Below are positions 62,127 through 64,000 of a stretch of 64,000 nt of DNA, one piece after another. Made by a program: the position numbers and the translations under genes. The notes under the pieces are model-generated. The model was not told the DNA's origin. It worked only from the letters and a program-made list of their open reading frames with translations, and did no database searches. Source of the DNA: an uncultured Victivallales bacterium (GTDB lineage Bacteria > Verrucomicrobiota > Lentisphaeria > Victivallales > GWF2-38-69); contig CAYTFM010000002.1 in assembly GCA_964436735.1 (NCBI GenBank), forward strand, positions 25,352 through 89,351. The letters run 5' to 3'. Numbering within the stretch: position 1 is the stretch's first letter; every line of letters begins with the position of its first letter.

Positions 62127-63815
62127 ATGAAGAATATTCTTGTGATCATTGGTGTATGCGTCAGCTTTGCGGCGATGTCGCAGGAGATCCGCTTCTCGGG
62201 CGTCATCGGACAAAGCCAGCCGTCGGCCAGCGAGCCATGTGCCACACTCTGGTTCCAGGGGGTCGCCATGGACGCCGCCGGTCGGCTGTGGGCCGCACCA
62301 GGCGGCAACCGCCTCCTCGTTTTCTCAAGAGACAGCGGGAACGCATGGAGGATGGACGGCTCAGTCAGTCTTCCCGCGACTACTGCGGGACGGACGGCGG
62401 TGTGGTTCAATGGCAATGATATTATCGCATGGCTTGGCGACAACCGTGTGGCGTTGATTGCTCCAGAGGCGAAGTCGGTTACGAAGACGGTTCCACTTCC
62501 GGAGAAGACGTCAAGCGTATTCGTGCCCTCGTCGCCAGGGACGGGTGCGGGACGCTTCTCACTGCTCGCTCTCAGCGGTCGCACTGTTTTCGGCGTGAGA
62601 TTCGATGGTTCACCAACGGAGGAGTTGTTGACGATGCCCGATCTGCGCGAGGTGTTGTACACATCGGTCGGTCTCGATCCGGCGAGCGGAGACATCATCG
62701 CGGGAACTCCTTATCCTTTTCAGAAGATCTATCGTTTCGCGGGTGATGGATCGCAGGTTGGAAAAGACAGTTGGCCGAGGCAGGGATGGCCAGTCCAATT
62801 CATTGCCTCGCAAGGTGTGGCGTGGTTTGTGAATCAAAATGGAAATGTGTCACCTCTTTCCTCATCCGCTTCTCAGCGTAAAGGCGCCGCCTCGGCGCTT
62901 CAGGTTGAATTCGGCACATCTTGTCAAGGTGCCGCTTTCGCCGCGGATGGCACCTGGTGGTGTGCGACATCGCAAGGATTGTTGAACATTGGGTCGGATG
63001 GGGTCGTCATCACCCGGCTCGGCGGCGTGACCGATGTCCGCTGTCTTGCCATCACTCGGGCTGGCGAGATTGTGGCGATGGTTGAGAAGGGGCAGCGCGC
63101 CATCCGCTTTCTGATCGACGATTCCGCATGCTCGGCGCCGCGGTCCCGTGGCAACGAACCGTGGCGTGTTGGCGGCAACTGGAAGGACCGCGGGGCGTCA
63201 ATCGCGCCTGACGGCGGCGGTTACTTCGTCCTGGACGAGGAGGAGCGGCGGCTGTGGCGGTTCGATCCTGAACGCACTGTCTGGGGCGACTTGCCGTGGA
63301 CGCCCTTGAATGATGCGGCCTCGTTTGAAAAACCAACATCGCTCACCGTCGGCGATCTTTTCGTTTGGGTCGTCGACAACGGAAAACTATTACAATCAGA
63401 TCGCCGTTCAATACACTTTACGGCTACGCAAACCGTCTATCCTGAGGGGTTCTCACCGATACACTCCGCCGCTGCCGATGACAGTAGCATTTACCTTGCA
63501 TCGGAAACCAAAGTGATTGCGCTTGAGCGGAAAAGCGACGCCTCATATGCCATTCGGTGGGCATCTCCAGTACCTATCAAGAAAAGTGTCGCCATCGCGG
63601 CTGATGAACGGTGTGTCGTTGTCGCCGACGCGGAAGCCGCGGAGCTTGTCGTCCTTGATTCAGCAAACGGAGCGGTGCGTGCGAAGATCACTGCCAAGGA
63701 TGTTCCCGGCATGCGGTTCGCGCCTTCAGCGTTAGCTTTCCGGTCGCCATGGCTTGTCGTCGCCGACCAGGCGGGGGCACGGCTTCTTAGATTCAGGGTC
63801 ATCGATTCACATTAA
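62127..63815 (+). CDS. Secreted repeat protein, probable beta-propeller (NHL/SMP-30-like), unknown function
   Basis: The signal peptide is MKNILVIIGVCVSFAAMSQE. Short strand-like motifs recur (G..WA...GN.LLVF, G.IIAGT, DG.WWCAT.QGLL). I see no catalytic motif. Confidence 0.55.
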   Translation: MKNILVIIGVCVSFAAMSQEIRFSGVIGQSQPSASEPCATLWFQGVAMDAAGRLWAAPGGNRLLVFSRDSGNAWRMDGSVSLPATTAGRTAVWFNGNDIIAWLGDNRVALIAPEAKSVTKTVPLPEKTSSVFVPSSPGTGAGRFSLLALSGRTVFGVRFDGSPTEELLTMPDLREVLYTSVGLDPASGDIIAGTPYPFQKIYRFAGDGSQVGKDSWPRQGWPVQFIASQGVAWFVNQNGNVSPLSSSASQRKGAASALQVEFGTSCQGAAFAADGTWWCATSQGLLNIGSDGVVITRLGGVTDVRCLAITRAGEIVAMVEKGQRAIRFLIDDSACSAPRSRGNEPWRVGGNWKDRGASIAPDGGGYFVLDEEERRLWRFDPERTVWGDLPWTPLNDAASFEKPTSLTVGDLFVWVVDNGKLLQSDRRSIHFTATQTVYPEGFSPIHSAAADDSSIYLASETKVIALERKSDASYAIRWASPVPIKKSVAIAADERCVVVADAEAAELVVLDSANGAVRAKITAKDVPGMRFAPSALAFRSPWLVVADQAGARLLRFRVIDSH

Positions 63816-63848
63816 GTAATTGTGCGAAACCATCCTCAGGGAGGGAAC

Positions 63849-64000
63849 ATGAAGAGCAGCATCAACCGAAGCGTGATGGCGACCGTTCTTGCCGTCGGTG
63901 TCTGCGCGGCGTCCGGCGCGGCCGAACCGTCGGGCGAGATCCAACTCACTCCGCCATGCGTGCCCTATGGCAGCCGCATTCAGCGGACAATGCATCTGCT
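63849..64000 (+). CDS. Secreted protein, N-terminal fragment (runs off the window)
   Basis: ATG at 63849 follows GGAGGGA. The translation MKSSINRSVMATVLAVGVCAASGAAEP is a signal peptide. The frame stays open to the window end. Confidence 0.45.
   Translation, partial: MKSSINRSVMATVLAVGVCAASGAAEPSGEIQLTPPCVPYGSRIQRTMHL

Overview
This is a bacterial window. It probably comes from the PVC superphylum (Verrucomicrobia, Lentisphaerae, Kiritimatiellae or Planctomycetes). I infer that from one prepilin-like protein with the [24 protein letters not shown] leader and an H-X9-DG motif, and from the large secreted glycan-active proteins beside it.

Layout:
(1) 1-12.7 kb holds ordinary mixed-strand genes: a transporter fragment, fabI, thiG, an AsnC-domain protein, a divergent polyol/sugar dehydrogenase pair with an AraR-type regulator, DUF1638, efp-epmA, larB, a PAS hybrid histidine kinase and a YhcH-family protein.
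(2) 12.9-51.5 kb is one co-directional (+ strand) glycan biosynthesis supercluster of about 38 kb.
(3) 51.6-54.0 kb holds an MBL-fold hydrolase and uvrC.
(4) 54.1-64.0 kb is a LacI-headed locus of very large secreted proteins plus a DUF1559-type pseudopilin.

The supercluster opens with a MarR-type EPS regulator. It carries a GDP-heptose activation and 6-deoxyheptose-type modification set (gmhB, hddA, hddC, a GMD-family dehydratase, an RmlC-like epimerase and three Fcl-like SDRs). It also carries a PglK-like ABC flippase, two tandem split-transketolase pairs, two B12-binding radical SAM enzymes and six methyltransferase-like genes. An AKR has a ParB/Srx-like tail. There is a DegT aminotransferase, about eight glycosyltransferases, and a terminal GT2 plus GT-C pair.

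Two selfish or accessory insertions interrupt the cluster. The first is a 3.4-kb islet at 15.8-19.2 kb. It holds three minimal-nucleotidyltransferase paralogues (one frameshifted), small partner ORFs, an internally deleted SNF2/SWIM helicase remnant and an intact short XPF/Mus81-type ERCC4 nuclease. The second is a vapBC module with its own promoter and operator at 46.3-47.0 kb.

The candidates I rate most worth a second look are the translationally coupled small-ORF/NTase/ERCC4 module and the unusual sugar chemistry implied by the transketolase, radical-SAM and methyltransferase block.

I recognised no rRNA, tRNA, CRISPR array, transposase or integrase. All family calls come from motif recognition by eye, not from searches.
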